Origin: Alphaproteobacteria bacterium
GTDB taxonomy: Bacteria > Pseudomonadota > Alphaproteobacteria > UBA2966
DNA: 64,000 nt
Direction: 5' to 3'
Assembly: GCA_964291395.2 (NCBI GenBank)
Contig: OZ219856.1
Coordinates: 288,001-352,000, forward strand
The notes beneath the pieces are model-generated. The model searched no databases. It worked only from the letters and a program-made list of their open reading frames with translations, and had not been told where the DNA came from. How positions within the stretch are numbered: position 1 is the first letter of the stretch; each line of letters begins with the position of its first letter. Both the position numbers and the translations under genes were made by a program. Positions 16,623 to 25,790 of the stretch are shown in pieces.

Positions 16623-18107
16623 TCAAACGCGATCCGCTCTAGCAATCTCCGGAAGCCGGCCGACGAGTTCGGTCTTGAGCACCTTGCCGACGGAGTTCTT
16701 CGGCAGCTTGTCGACCACGAAGATCTCGCGTGGCACCTTGTAGCGGGCTAGCGAGGCGCGGCAATGCTCGATCAGGTCGGCGGTTTCCACGTCGTCCTGC
16801 AGGACGACGAACGCCGCTACCTCCTCGTTGTATTCCTCTGACGGCCAGCCGACGACGGCAGCATCGTGCACTGCCGGATGGCGCAGTAGGATTTCCTCGA
16901 TCTCAACCGGGTAGATATTGACGCCGCCGCGGATAATCATGTCTTTGGCGCGGCCCGTGAGGTAGAGGAACCCCTCGGCATCGGTGCGTCCGAGATCTCC
17001 CGTGTAGTAGAAGCCGTCGCGGAAATAGTGCGCCGATTCCTCGGGATTGTTGTAATACCCGGCAGGGACCCAGGGCGAGCGGTGCCGGATGCGCCCGATT
17101 TCGCCCAGCGGCACCGGCTGGTGGTCGTCGTCAACGATCTCGAATTCCGTCAGGAACGCCGCCTGGCCGACGGACGTCGCGTGTTCGCCGGTGTGGGCCG
17201 GCGTCAGTAGCGACACGAACCCGCCTTCGGTCGAGCTGTAGGCATTGACGAAGTTGGGCGCGACGCGACGCATGATGGCCTCGCGTTCCTCCGGAAACAG
17301 ATTAGCGCCGCTGCTAACCAACAGGCGGAGCGGAGCAAGCAGGTAGCCATCGCCGGCGGCGAGTTCGAGCATGCGCCTGAGCAGGGTGGGCACCAGGAAC
17401 AAAGAGGTGATGTGCTTCTCGTAGACGGCCGCCACGATCTGTTCGGGACCCCAGGGCGGCGGCATCATGACCACGGTGCCGCCGATCACCAAGTGACAGA
17501 GCGTGTAGCCGCGTGCGCCGCCGAAGTACATGGGTGTCGCGCACAAGAAACGGTCGTGTTCGTTCATCGTCAGCGTCACCCACTGGGTGCGGGCGCGCAG
17601 CAACATCTGCTGGTGGCTGAGCATCGGTCCCTTCGGCGTCCCCGTCGTTCCAGACGACAGCGACAGCAGCATCGGCGCGTCCGGGTCGCCCGGGAAGTCG
17701 CGCTCGGCGTCGGCGCGGGCCACGTGGGCATGCCACGCGTCATCGACAGGCAGGGTTCGGAGGTTGGGGATATTCTCGGCACCCTCCGAAACCAGCACCG
17801 TGCCCGCACCAAAGAAGGCGGCGACCCGCTGCTTCTCGTCCACTGTCCAGCGAACATCGAGCGGCAGCATCACTGCGCCGGCGCGGGCGAGCGCCATCAT
17901 CACAACTGCATAGTCGGCGCCGTCCAACATCGCCATGGCGACGATGTCGCCCGGCGTAATGTCGAGGTCCAGGATATGTGCCGCCGTTCGCCGTACGTCG
18001 AGGTCGAGCTGGCGGTAGGTGATCGTGTGTTCACCTTGGATCAGCGCGGGATGGCAGGGCTTGCGCCGCGCGTGATGCGGAAGCAGGCTGGCGATATTGT
18101 CGAACAT
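16623..18107 (-). CDS. AMP-dependent acyl-CoA synthetase / class I adenylate-forming enzyme
   Basis: SSGTTGTPKG, YSSTEG, TGDLG, GRAKDMIIRGGVNIYP, LPKNSVGK. Confidence 0.93.
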   Translation of the reverse strand: MFDNIASLLPHHARRKPCHPALIQGEHTITYRQLDLDVRRTAAHILDLDITPGDIVAMAMLDGADYAVVMMALARAGAVMLPLDVRWTVDEKQRVAAFFGAGTVLVSEGAENIPNLRTLPVDDAWHAHVARADAERDFPGDPDAPMLLSLSSGTTGTPKGPMLSHQQMLLRARTQWVTLTMNEHDRFLCATPMYFGGARGYTLCHLVIGGTVVMMPPPWGPEQIVAAVYEKHITSLFLVPTLLRRMLELAAGDGYLLAPLRLLVSSGANLFPEEREAIMRRVAPNFVNAYSSTEGGFVSLLTPAHTGEHATSVGQAAFLTEFEIVDDDHQPVPLGEIGRIRHRSPWVPAGYYNNPEESAHYFRDGFYYTGDLGRTDAEGFLYLTGRAKDMIIRGGVNIYPVEIEEILLRHPAVHDAAVVGWPSEEYNEEVAAFVVLQDDVETADLIEHCRASLARYKVPREIFVVDKLPKNSVGKVLKTELVGRLPEIARADRV

Positions 18108-18264
18108 TCGCTCACTCCAGCGACATGACTACGATTCGATTGGCCGAGACAGCTAGCCAGTCCGGTTCACAGACTGGACCCAGTATTGCCCTGGAAGGTG
18201 CGCGGCACCAGAGCTGACGCCTCCAGCGGGATGTTCCGAAGGGCCGGATCGGCCGGTAGCGGAG

Positions 18265-18530
18265 TCCCAGGCCGATCGAACGGGGTATCGAGCCCCGATT
18301 AGAACCGCCATACGGCGCATACCAATCCTGCCGTGGCGCGCAGGCGGTCGCCCACGAGAAATCGGTCCGAGCCCGAGCCGTGTCACGGCGAACCGCTCGG
18401 TTCGGGACCACTTCCCCACAGGGTCCGCAACCTCAACAGAAGCGGCCAATCGGTGTACTACGACCGGACACATCTACTTGCTAGCGACAGCTCCCAGGCC
18501 GATCCCCCGATTAGAACCGCCATACGGCGC
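18265..18530 (+). repeat. Direct repeat flanking the IS-end remnant
   Basis: ccccgattagaaccgccatacggcgc at 18293-18318 and 18505-18530; tcccaggccgatc at 18265-18277 and 18492-18504. Confidence 0.85.
18406..18489 (+). mobile_element. Second copy of the right end of the 3441-3744 element
   Basis: gaccacttccccacagggtccgcaacctcaacagaagcggccaatcg...ccggacacatctacttgctagcgaca is near-identical to 3658-3744, same orientation. Confidence 0.8.
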
Positions 18531-18711
18531 GAGGGTCCGAGGGTTCGGGATGATCTTCGGGAAATGGGGCGGATGCAGGGACGTCTCGATCGATCCGAGA
18601 CTCGAAAACGACGACAATTGCCGTCACCCTGTTGCAAACGACGGAGGTTGAGGGAACGTGAGTACGACAAGCGTGATCCCGCCCGGTTCCGAGCCCCACC
18701 GGGCTAGGCCG

Positions 18712-19773
18712 ATGTTCCCGTGCATCCCATGGAATCGGCTGGTGAGCGCGGTCGTTTTGCTGGGGATCGCCTGGTTTGCGTCCAGCTGCACGCCACGGGT
18801 CCAGGCCATGGGTCCCGCCACGGTCGAGCCTGCCGTTTTGGACGGCGCCATCGTCGTATCGGACGGCTATCGGCTACCGACGCGAGTGTGGCCGGCGGTT
18901 GGGAAAGAATCTTACGTCATCGTGGGCCTGCATGGCTTCAACGACTACTCCAACGCCTTTGCGATGCCCGCCGAATGGTGGGCCGAGCGGGGCGTTACGA
19001 CCTACGCCTACGATCAGCGCGGCTTCGGAGACACGGTTGATCGGGGAATCTGGCCGGGTACGGGAAACCTCGTGAGCGATCTGTTCGACGTGATCCGCGC
19101 GGTGCGCGCACGTCACGGCGAGACTCCCGTCTACCTCGCCGGCGCGAGTATGGGGGGTGCCGTCATTCTGGCCGCCTACGGTGCCTCCGGCGGCGACTCC
19201 GACGCTCCTCGCGAGTTCTCGACACGACGGGCGGTTCATCCTCCGCCGCGCGTGGACGGCATCGTGCTCGCCGCGCCCGCGGTCTGGGGGCGGGCGACCA
19301 TGAATCCGATCTATCGGGCCGTCCTGTGGTTCACAGCGCGCATCGCGCCGGGCGCGCGCGTATCGGGAAAGAATTTGGGAATCACGCCGTCCGACAACGT
19401 CGAGATGCTGCAGGCATTGGGCCGGGACCCCTTGATCATCAAGGACACGCGCACCGATGCGGTGTACGGCCTCGTGAACCTGATGGACGCGGCGCTCGAG
19501 GCCTCAAGTCGTCTCTCGGTGCCCGCGCTGGTGCTCTATGGCGAGAAGGACGAGATCATCCCCCGGGGTGCCGCCGGATTGATGGCCGTACGACTCGATT
19601 CCCGTCACCGGTTCGCGCTCTATCCGAATGGCTATCACATGCTCTTTCGCGACCTGCAGGCCGAGGTCATCTGGCGGGACGTTCTGGCCTGGATCGGGGA
19701 TTCGGAGGCTTCCTTGCCCTCGGGGAATCTCGGCGATGGATCCACGGTGTCGGGGACGATTCGGGCCGAATGA
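18712..19773 (+). CDS. Lysophospholipase-like alpha/beta hydrolase, probable lipoprotein (start uncertain)
   Basis: Lipobox-like FASSC, LHGFNDY, YDQRGFG, GASMGG, YPNGYHML. Confidence 0.88.
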   Translation: MFPCIPWNRLVSAVVLLGIAWFASSCTPRVQAMGPATVEPAVLDGAIVVSDGYRLPTRVWPAVGKESYVIVGLHGFNDYSNAFAMPAEWWAERGVTTYAYDQRGFGDTVDRGIWPGTGNLVSDLFDVIRAVRARHGETPVYLAGASMGGAVILAAYGASGGDSDAPREFSTRRAVHPPPRVDGIVLAAPAVWGRATMNPIYRAVLWFTARIAPGARVSGKNLGITPSDNVEMLQALGRDPLIIKDTRTDAVYGLVNLMDAALEASSRLSVPALVLYGEKDEIIPRGAAGLMAVRLDSRHRFALYPNGYHMLFRDLQAEVIWRDVLAWIGDSEASLPSGNLGDGSTVSGTIRAE

Positions 19774-19900
19774 CGCCGTCCGAGTGCCCTTGGCGGTCCC
19801 AATCGAGCCGGAACCGGATAGCCGAAACCGGACAACCGCTCTAATATTTTTCCCGGTAACAGCCGCCGGTCATGACTGGGCCGGCGGGCAGGGGAGTCGG

Positions 19901-20770
19901 ATGGAACCGGTACTCCGTACCATACTCGTGCCTCTCGGTGGTCTGCCTGACGCCCGGGATGCCCTCGATGCGGCCATGAGCATAGCCAAGCGCTTCGAAG
20001 CCCAGATCGAGGTGCTGCACGTCTATGAAGTTCCCCGGCGCTACGCGGCCGGGTGGGAGGACCGGCCGACGGCGGCGTTCGTCGACGAAATGGCGGCCGC
20101 GCAACGGGCCGCCAATGACCGTATGGCGGCGGCCCGCGCGCAGTTCGACCAGACCTGCGCGGCGCACGGCGTACCGACCGTGGAAGAGCCCCAGGTGAAA
20201 GGGTGTGCCGCCCACTTCTCCATCATTACGGGCGAGGAGGAGGACATCTCATCGGCCTTCGGACGACTTTCGGACCTCATCGTCGCGACCACGCCTCACG
20301 AGGAAGGCGATTCCGAAATTCATCAGACGGTTCAGGCACTGTTGATGGAAACGGGCAGACCTGTGCTGGTCATCCCCAACAGCGGTGCCGACTCCGTGGG
20401 CAAATCCGTCGCCATCGCTTGGAACGGCCGGTCCGAAGCCTCGCGGGCGATCCATTTCTCGCTGCCGTTCCTATGGACGGCCGAACGGGTCGTGGTGCTC
20501 GAGGTCGAGGGAGCGGGCCGTCGACGGGGGCTGAGCTCCGCTGCCGTCGTGCGTTATCTCGCCCAACACGGAGTCGAGGCAACGGCGGAGAACGTGGAAC
20601 GCCGGGGGCGCAGTATCGGCCGAAGTCTGTTGGCTGCCGCCCAAGCGACGGATACGGACCTGCTGATCATGGGTGGAAACGCTCAGACCCGTTTGCGCCA
20701 TCTCATTTTTGGGACCGTCACCGGCGACGTATTGTCCGGGGCGCGATTTCCGGTGCTGCTAGCCCACTGA
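19901..20770 (+). CDS. Universal stress protein (tandem USP domains)
   Basis: TILVPL, LMETGRPVLVIP, AIAWNGRSEASRA, DLLIMGG, FPVLLAH. Confidence 0.9.
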   Translation: MEPVLRTILVPLGGLPDARDALDAAMSIAKRFEAQIEVLHVYEVPRRYAAGWEDRPTAAFVDEMAAAQRAANDRMAAARAQFDQTCAAHGVPTVEEPQVKGCAAHFSIITGEEEDISSAFGRLSDLIVATTPHEEGDSEIHQTVQALLMETGRPVLVIPNSGADSVGKSVAIAWNGRSEASRAIHFSLPFLWTAERVVVLEVEGAGRRRGLSSAAVVRYLAQHGVEATAENVERRGRSIGRSLLAAAQATDTDLLIMGGNAQTRLRHLIFGTVTGDVLSGARFPVLLAH

Positions 20771-20808
20771 CTATCCATGGCCTCGGAATGCCGGGCTCCG
20801 CAGCAAGA

Positions 20809-21678
20809 TCAGAAAGCGGCAGAGACTCGGGCTGTGAGGCCTCTCTGCTCCACGAGTCCCGCGAAGGCGTCCTCGTCGGACATCTCGAGGGCGACGCGGT
20901 TGTCGTTGAGGTAATGGGGGGTCACGACGTCGGGCCGCTGGGTCTCCATGGTCGACGGCATGTTGTCGAGCCGGTTGTACACGAGATACATGATCCGACG
21001 GTCGCGGGACGAAAGGTTGTCCGTCGAGGAATGGACCGTCTTGGCGGTGAAGAACACGACGGTTCCCGCCGGCCCCGTGCACTCGACGATGGGCCGTTTC
21101 GCGGACATCCGCTCGATATGCTCATCCAGCGTGGTGTGTACGGGATACGCCGTCGTCTCGAAATCGTAATGCCAGTCGAGGACGCCACCCTCTTGCGCCC
21201 CTTCCTCCAGATGCGATCCGGGAACGAACCGTACGGGCCCGTTTTCGGAAGTCGTGTCATCCAGCAGTACCATGACCGAAATCATATCGTGAACACCGCC
21301 GCGCGCCGCGCCGTCCATGTGCCAGCTCGTGAAGTCCTGATGCCACTGCCATTGCTCGCCGACATGAGCCAGCTTGAAGATGATTCGGGAGTGCCAGAGG
21401 TACACCTGCTCGCCCAGGAGCTGTTGCACGGGTTCGAGTATGCGCGGCAGCCGGTAAGCCAGGTTCCAGGCTTCGGAGTCCTGTTCCGAAGCATAGGCTT
21501 GGCGAATCTTGCCGCTCTTCTTTTCGTAGACATTCGCCCCGGGCGTCTTTCGTTGCGGTGTACCGACCACCGCCGCCTCGTCGCGAAGGAGGGCTATCTC
21601 GGGTCCGGTAAACAGACCGCCAACGACCAGAAGGCCGTCCCGTTCGTATTTCTCGATCTGTGCGTCGGTGAGTTCCAT
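20809..21678 (-). CDS. Phytanoyl-CoA dioxygenase (PhyH) family 2OG-Fe(II) oxygenase
   Basis: YERDG, WQWHQDF, NGPVRFVPGSH, GPAGTVVFF, VHSS...NLSSRDR. Confidence 0.88.
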   Translation of the reverse strand: MELTDAQIEKYERDGLLVVGGLFTGPEIALLRDEAAVVGTPQRKTPGANVYEKKSGKIRQAYASEQDSEAWNLAYRLPRILEPVQQLLGEQVYLWHSRIIFKLAHVGEQWQWHQDFTSWHMDGAARGGVHDMISVMVLLDDTTSENGPVRFVPGSHLEEGAQEGGVLDWHYDFETTAYPVHTTLDEHIERMSAKRPIVECTGPAGTVVFFTAKTVHSSTDNLSSRDRRIMYLVYNRLDNMPSTMETQRPDVVTPHYLNDNRVALEMSDEDAFAGLVEQRGLTARVSAAF

Positions 21679-21704
21679 CGATACCGCTTGATCGCCGACA
21701 GGGG

Positions 21705-22112
21705 TTATGTCGAGTCCTCGTCGGGCTGCAGGTCGAGAGCTATCGAGTTCATGCAGTAGCGCAGGCCCGTCGGCGGAGGTCCGTCCTCGAAAACGTGGCC
21801 GAGATGGGCCTCGCACCGGCTGCACAGCACCTCGGTGCGGATCATTCCATGCGAGAAGTCGCGTTCCACGGCAATGCGGTCCTCGGCGAGGGGCTGCCAG
21901 AAGCTGGGCCAACCCGTTCCGGAGTCGAACTTCGTGTCGGACCGAAACAGTTCCTGGCCACAGCAGACGCATTTGTACGTCCCGGGTGTTTTCGCGTCGT
22001 TGTATTTGCCGGTGAATGCGGGCTCCGTGCCCTTCTGTCGGCATACGTGGTACTGCTGCGGCGTCAGCTGTTTCAACCATTCGGCGTCCGACTTGACGAC
22101 TTTCTCGCTCAT
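21705..22112 (-). CDS. msrB: Peptide-methionine (R)-S-oxide reductase
   Basis: [33 protein letters not shown]; two CxxC Zn motifs. Confidence 0.97.
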   Translation of the reverse strand: MSEKVVKSDAEWLKQLTPQQYHVCRQKGTEPAFTGKYNDAKTPGTYKCVCCGQELFRSDTKFDSGTGWPSFWQPLAEDRIAVERDFSHGMIRTEVLCSRCEAHLGHVFEDGPPPTGLRYCMNSIALDLQPDEDST

Positions 22113-22350
22113 CTTCGGTTCTGGCCCCGCTCGTGTGATGAGGGACCGGCCTCGACCCCGGTTCCCGCTCCCGATCCATAATGCGACACCACGGCGGTGG
22201 GTTCAATGTTGGGGATGTGAGCTGTCGGTCGGGACGTGAAACATCGATCGCCGCGGTCTTTGCCGCCTGCGGCGGTCCGACCCCGGGTCCGTCTCACCGC
22301 GCGGGTCCCTCGTTTTGCCGGCCCGAGTTTCGTGGTGATACAGTCGGCCG

Positions 22351-23382
22351 ATGCTTCCCGTGTCGATCATCACCGGGTTCCTCGGAAGCGGCAAGACGAC
22401 GCTGCTCAACCGCACGCTGCGTCATCCTGGCTTCAAGGACAGCTTGGTTATCATCAACGAGTTTGGCGAGGTCGGCATCGACCACATGCTCGTGTCCGCA
22501 CCTGCGGAGAACATGAGCCTGTTGGCGAATGGCTGCCTGTGCTGTGAAGTACGGGGCGAACTGTTCGAAACGCTGGCGGATGCCCTGCTGAGGCGGAACC
22601 GCAGTGATATCCCGCCGTTCGGCCGAATTCTGATCGAGACCACCGGCCTCGCGGACCCCGTCCCAATTCTGCGGACGATTGTCACGGACCGCGACCTGAG
22701 CGGGTCCCTGCGTCTCGACCGGATCGTCACGACCGTCGATGCCGTGCATGCGCCCGTGCAACTGGCGTCTCGGGATGAGGCACGCAAGCAGATCGCCGTC
22801 GCGGACGTGTTGTTGATCTCCAAGACCGATCTGGTGTCGCGTGAAATGCGTCGTGAAGTCGAGGACGCGGTCCGGCTGTTCAACGAGGGTGCGGATCTGA
22901 GCGCCGTGCGGCACGGCCAGATCGATCCGGGGATTTTGTTCGATGGATCCGGCGGCATGCGCGATCTGGCCGGCTGGCTGGCGCGGCGTGACCACGGCCA
23001 CGCTCCACACGCGGGGGACATCGGCACGTTGACACTCGATCATGATTCGCCCGTGAGCGAGGCGGGTCTGGCGACGTGGCTGAGCATGCTCACGGAGTTC
23101 AAGGGACGGGACATCCTGCGCGTGAAGGGAATCGTGAACGTGCAGGGGGCCCCGTATGCGATCCACGTGGTTCAATCGGTCGTCCACGAACCGGTCCCTC
23201 TCGAGGTCTGGCCGACGGCGGACGACCGCACGCGCATCGTGATCATCGGGCGAAATCTCGACCGCGCTATGCTGGAGGACTCGTTCGCCGCTTTCTCCTT
23301 GGCCGACTCCTTAGGCGACACGTATGCGATCGACCCGGTGGCCTACGCGCGCTTTCGTCGGGCTGCGGAACATCTGGTGTAG
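22351..23382 (+). CDS. COG0523/CobW family GTP-binding metallochaperone
   Basis: GFLGSGKTT, NEFGE, GCLCC, IETTGLADP, LRVKG. Confidence 0.92.
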   Translation: MLPVSIITGFLGSGKTTLLNRTLRHPGFKDSLVIINEFGEVGIDHMLVSAPAENMSLLANGCLCCEVRGELFETLADALLRRNRSDIPPFGRILIETTGLADPVPILRTIVTDRDLSGSLRLDRIVTTVDAVHAPVQLASRDEARKQIAVADVLLISKTDLVSREMRREVEDAVRLFNEGADLSAVRHGQIDPGILFDGSGGMRDLAGWLARRDHGHAPHAGDIGTLTLDHDSPVSEAGLATWLSMLTEFKGRDILRVKGIVNVQGAPYAIHVVQSVVHEPVPLEVWPTADDRTRIVIIGRNLDRAMLEDSFAAFSLADSLGDTYAIDPVAYARFRRAAEHLV

Positions 23383-23411
23383 CGCCTCGGAATCACGGAG
23401 GGGTAACCGGC

Positions 23412-24731
23412 ATGAGCGAAACGCGCGTCGTCAGAGCGGCCAAGCTTATCGACGGAACCGGGCAGATCATTCCCGGCCCCCACGTCATCATCAGGGACAA
23501 GCGCATCGAGCAGGTGGGGACCGCCGACGATGTGGCGGTACCTTTCGGAGCCGAGGTCATCGACGTCGGCGACTACACACTCATGCCGGGGCTTATCGAC
23601 ACGCACGTCCACCTGGGTGCCCTCAATTGCACGAGCTTCGGGACGGCCCGGATTGCCCGCTTTGAGATCACGCCCCAATTGCAGTCTTTCTATGCGTTGT
23701 TCCACGCGCAGATCTGCTTCGAGATGGGGTTCACCACCATGCGCGACGCGGGGCGCGGGACGCCGCGTGGTGATTTTGCCGAGGAGATGTGCGCCGTTCG
23801 CGACGCCATCAATAACGGCATCATCGCGGGACCCCGGTTGCTGATCCTCGCCGAGTGCGTCATCACGGGGGCGCACCTCGAATTACTGACCCTGCCGCGC
23901 GCCATGCATCGGGTTGCGGGTGCCACGGCGGACGGTCCTTGGGAATTGCGTAAGAAAGTGCGCGAGCTGATCCGTAGCGGTGCCGACGGCATCAAAACCA
24001 GCGTGACCGGTGGCGTGTCGCTCGGGACCGATCCCGAGGTGCGCAACATGACCCAAGAGGAGCTTGACGCGATTACCGACGAGGCGCACGCCTTCAAGAA
24101 GCCGGTGGCGGTGCACTGCTTCACGCCCGAAGGCCTGCACATGTGCGTCAACGCCAAGGTCGATACCATCGAACACATGGTCTACAGCGACGAGGAGTCC
24201 ATCGCCCGCGTCAGCGAATCCGGCATTTGGGTGGTGCCGACGCTGCTCAACAGAACGGAGTACGCGATCGACCAGAACGCCCGACAGGGCCTGCCGCCAT
24301 CTCTGATCGAAACCCAGCGGGCCATGCTGCCGCACTGCTTCGGTACCTTCCGTGAGATGAAAGCGGCGGGTGTCCGAATCGCCATGGGAACGGATATCCA
24401 CAACGTGCCCGAGATGGGGTGCGCCGCCCGAGAACTCGAAATCTACGTGGACGAAGGTATGACGCCCATGCAGTCGATCCAGACCGCGACTCGCGATGCA
24501 GCTGAGGCCATTGGACTCGGCGACTCGATCGGCACCATAGAACCCGGGAAATTCGCCGACATTCTGGCGGTGCGTGGCGATCCGCTGGACGACATCAAAG
24601 TGCTGCAGGAAGCCGACAACATCGGCATGGTCATGAAGGAAGGCGCCGTTTACGTCGACCGTCTGGCGCCCGTTCCGCGAACCGTGCGTCACCCGGAGCC
24701 TGGAGTCTGGCGGAAGATCGACCGGGAGTAG
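23412..24731 (+). CDS. Metal-dependent amidohydrolase (prolidase-like subgroup)
   Basis: PGLIDTHVHL, GADGIK, VAVHC, DTIEH, MGTD, GKFADIL. Confidence 0.9.
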   Translation: MSETRVVRAAKLIDGTGQIIPGPHVIIRDKRIEQVGTADDVAVPFGAEVIDVGDYTLMPGLIDTHVHLGALNCTSFGTARIARFEITPQLQSFYALFHAQICFEMGFTTMRDAGRGTPRGDFAEEMCAVRDAINNGIIAGPRLLILAECVITGAHLELLTLPRAMHRVAGATADGPWELRKKVRELIRSGADGIKTSVTGGVSLGTDPEVRNMTQEELDAITDEAHAFKKPVAVHCFTPEGLHMCVNAKVDTIEHMVYSDEESIARVSESGIWVVPTLLNRTEYAIDQNARQGLPPSLIETQRAMLPHCFGTFREMKAAGVRIAMGTDIHNVPEMGCAARELEIYVDEGMTPMQSIQTATRDAAEAIGLGDSIGTIEPGKFADILAVRGDPLDDIKVLQEADNIGMVMKEGAVYVDRLAPVPRTVRHPEPGVWRKIDRE

Positions 24732-24733
24732 CC

Positions 24734-25522
24734 CTAGATTACGCGGATCAGTCCGCCGTCGACCTCGATGCAGCTTCCCGTCATGAAGGTCGCGCGGCTC
24801 GAGGCGAGAAACGCCACCAGTGCTCCGACTTCTCTTGGTTCTCCGAAGCGCTTGAGCAGCGTCTCTGAAACGAGTTCCGCTCGAGCCTCCTCAACGGAAA
24901 TGCCCTCGATTTTGGCTTTGACCTCGCACATGTAACGCATCCGCTCCGTGTCGATCGGACCCGGATTGACGGCGTTGACCAGGACGTTGGCGGGTGCCCC
25001 TTCCTCGGCAAGGGATTTGGTCAGACTCAAGAGGGCGGAGTTCACGATACCGGCGGTTATGGCGAAGGCATGGGCGAACCGGGCATGGGTGCCCACGATA
25101 TTGATGATGCGGCCTCCCCCGCGCGATACCATCTTGTCGAACACGGACCGCGCCTGCCGTATTTGAGCCATGAGCTTGATATCGATGGCCTGTTGCCAAT
25201 CCTCGTCGCCGAGTTCGCCGAATCGGGCCGTCGAAGGGCCCAGGCTATTGTTCACCAGGACATCGATGGGGCCGACATTGGCCTCGGTTTCTTCGACCAG
25301 CCTTTCGACCGACGCGAGGTCGGTGTTGTCGGCGGCGATCGGCGTCACCGATGCGCCGGTGTTCGAGGCGATGCCTTCCGCCACGGGCTTCAGCGTATCC
25401 ATATTGCGCGCGGAGATGACGACGCGAGCCCCTTCGGCGGCAAGCTCGTAGGCGGCCGCGGCTCCGATCCCGCGGCTCGCGGCGGTCACCAACGTCACTT
25501 TCTGAGAAAGTCCAAGGTCCAT
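24734..25522 (-). CDS. SDR family oxidoreductase (atypical active site)
   Basis: TAASRGIG, DVLVNN, VNPGPIDT, RFGEPREVG, VDGG. Confidence 0.9.
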   Translation of the reverse strand: MDLGLSQKVTLVTAASRGIGAAAAYELAAEGARVVISARNMDTLKPVAEGIASNTGASVTPIAADNTDLASVERLVEETEANVGPIDVLVNNSLGPSTARFGELGDEDWQQAIDIKLMAQIRQARSVFDKMVSRGGGRIINIVGTHARFAHAFAITAGIVNSALLSLTKSLAEEGAPANVLVNAVNPGPIDTERMRYMCEVKAKIEGISVEEARAELVSETLLKRFGEPREVGALVAFLASSRATFMTGSCIEVDGGLIRVI

Positions 25523-25790
25523 GGGTCTGCCCCGGGGTCCCGGTTTCGGTGATCACAAACGGACTGAAATTGCTTGAGAACATCCCGAGGGTACACACCC
25601 GTACGCGCCGGGACCATATGCAGACGGTAGTTGTCGGCCTCGGTGCTGCAAACCTCGATGTCGCAACTTGCGCGTCACCGTGCGGTTCCAATAGTCTGTT
25701 TCCGGGTTGAAAGTGGATGGCTCGTACGTCGGGTACGCGATCCGGATTGACAAGGATCAGGCGCCGAGGTGAACGAGGGAAGGCCACGGC

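Noticed and set aside
18265-18530. Possible mini-CRISPR array
   Set aside because: Only two repeat copies, about 190 bp apart, no cas genes, and an IS end lies between them.
20809-21678. Calling this gene ectD
   Set aside because: The EctD signature does not match and ectABC are absent.
25523-25790. Possible riboswitch (e.g. guanidine class) before the ABC permease
   Set aside because: Only a vague resemblance (ccggattgacaag...ggcgc) without the consensus elements; an Rfam/Infernal scan would be needed.
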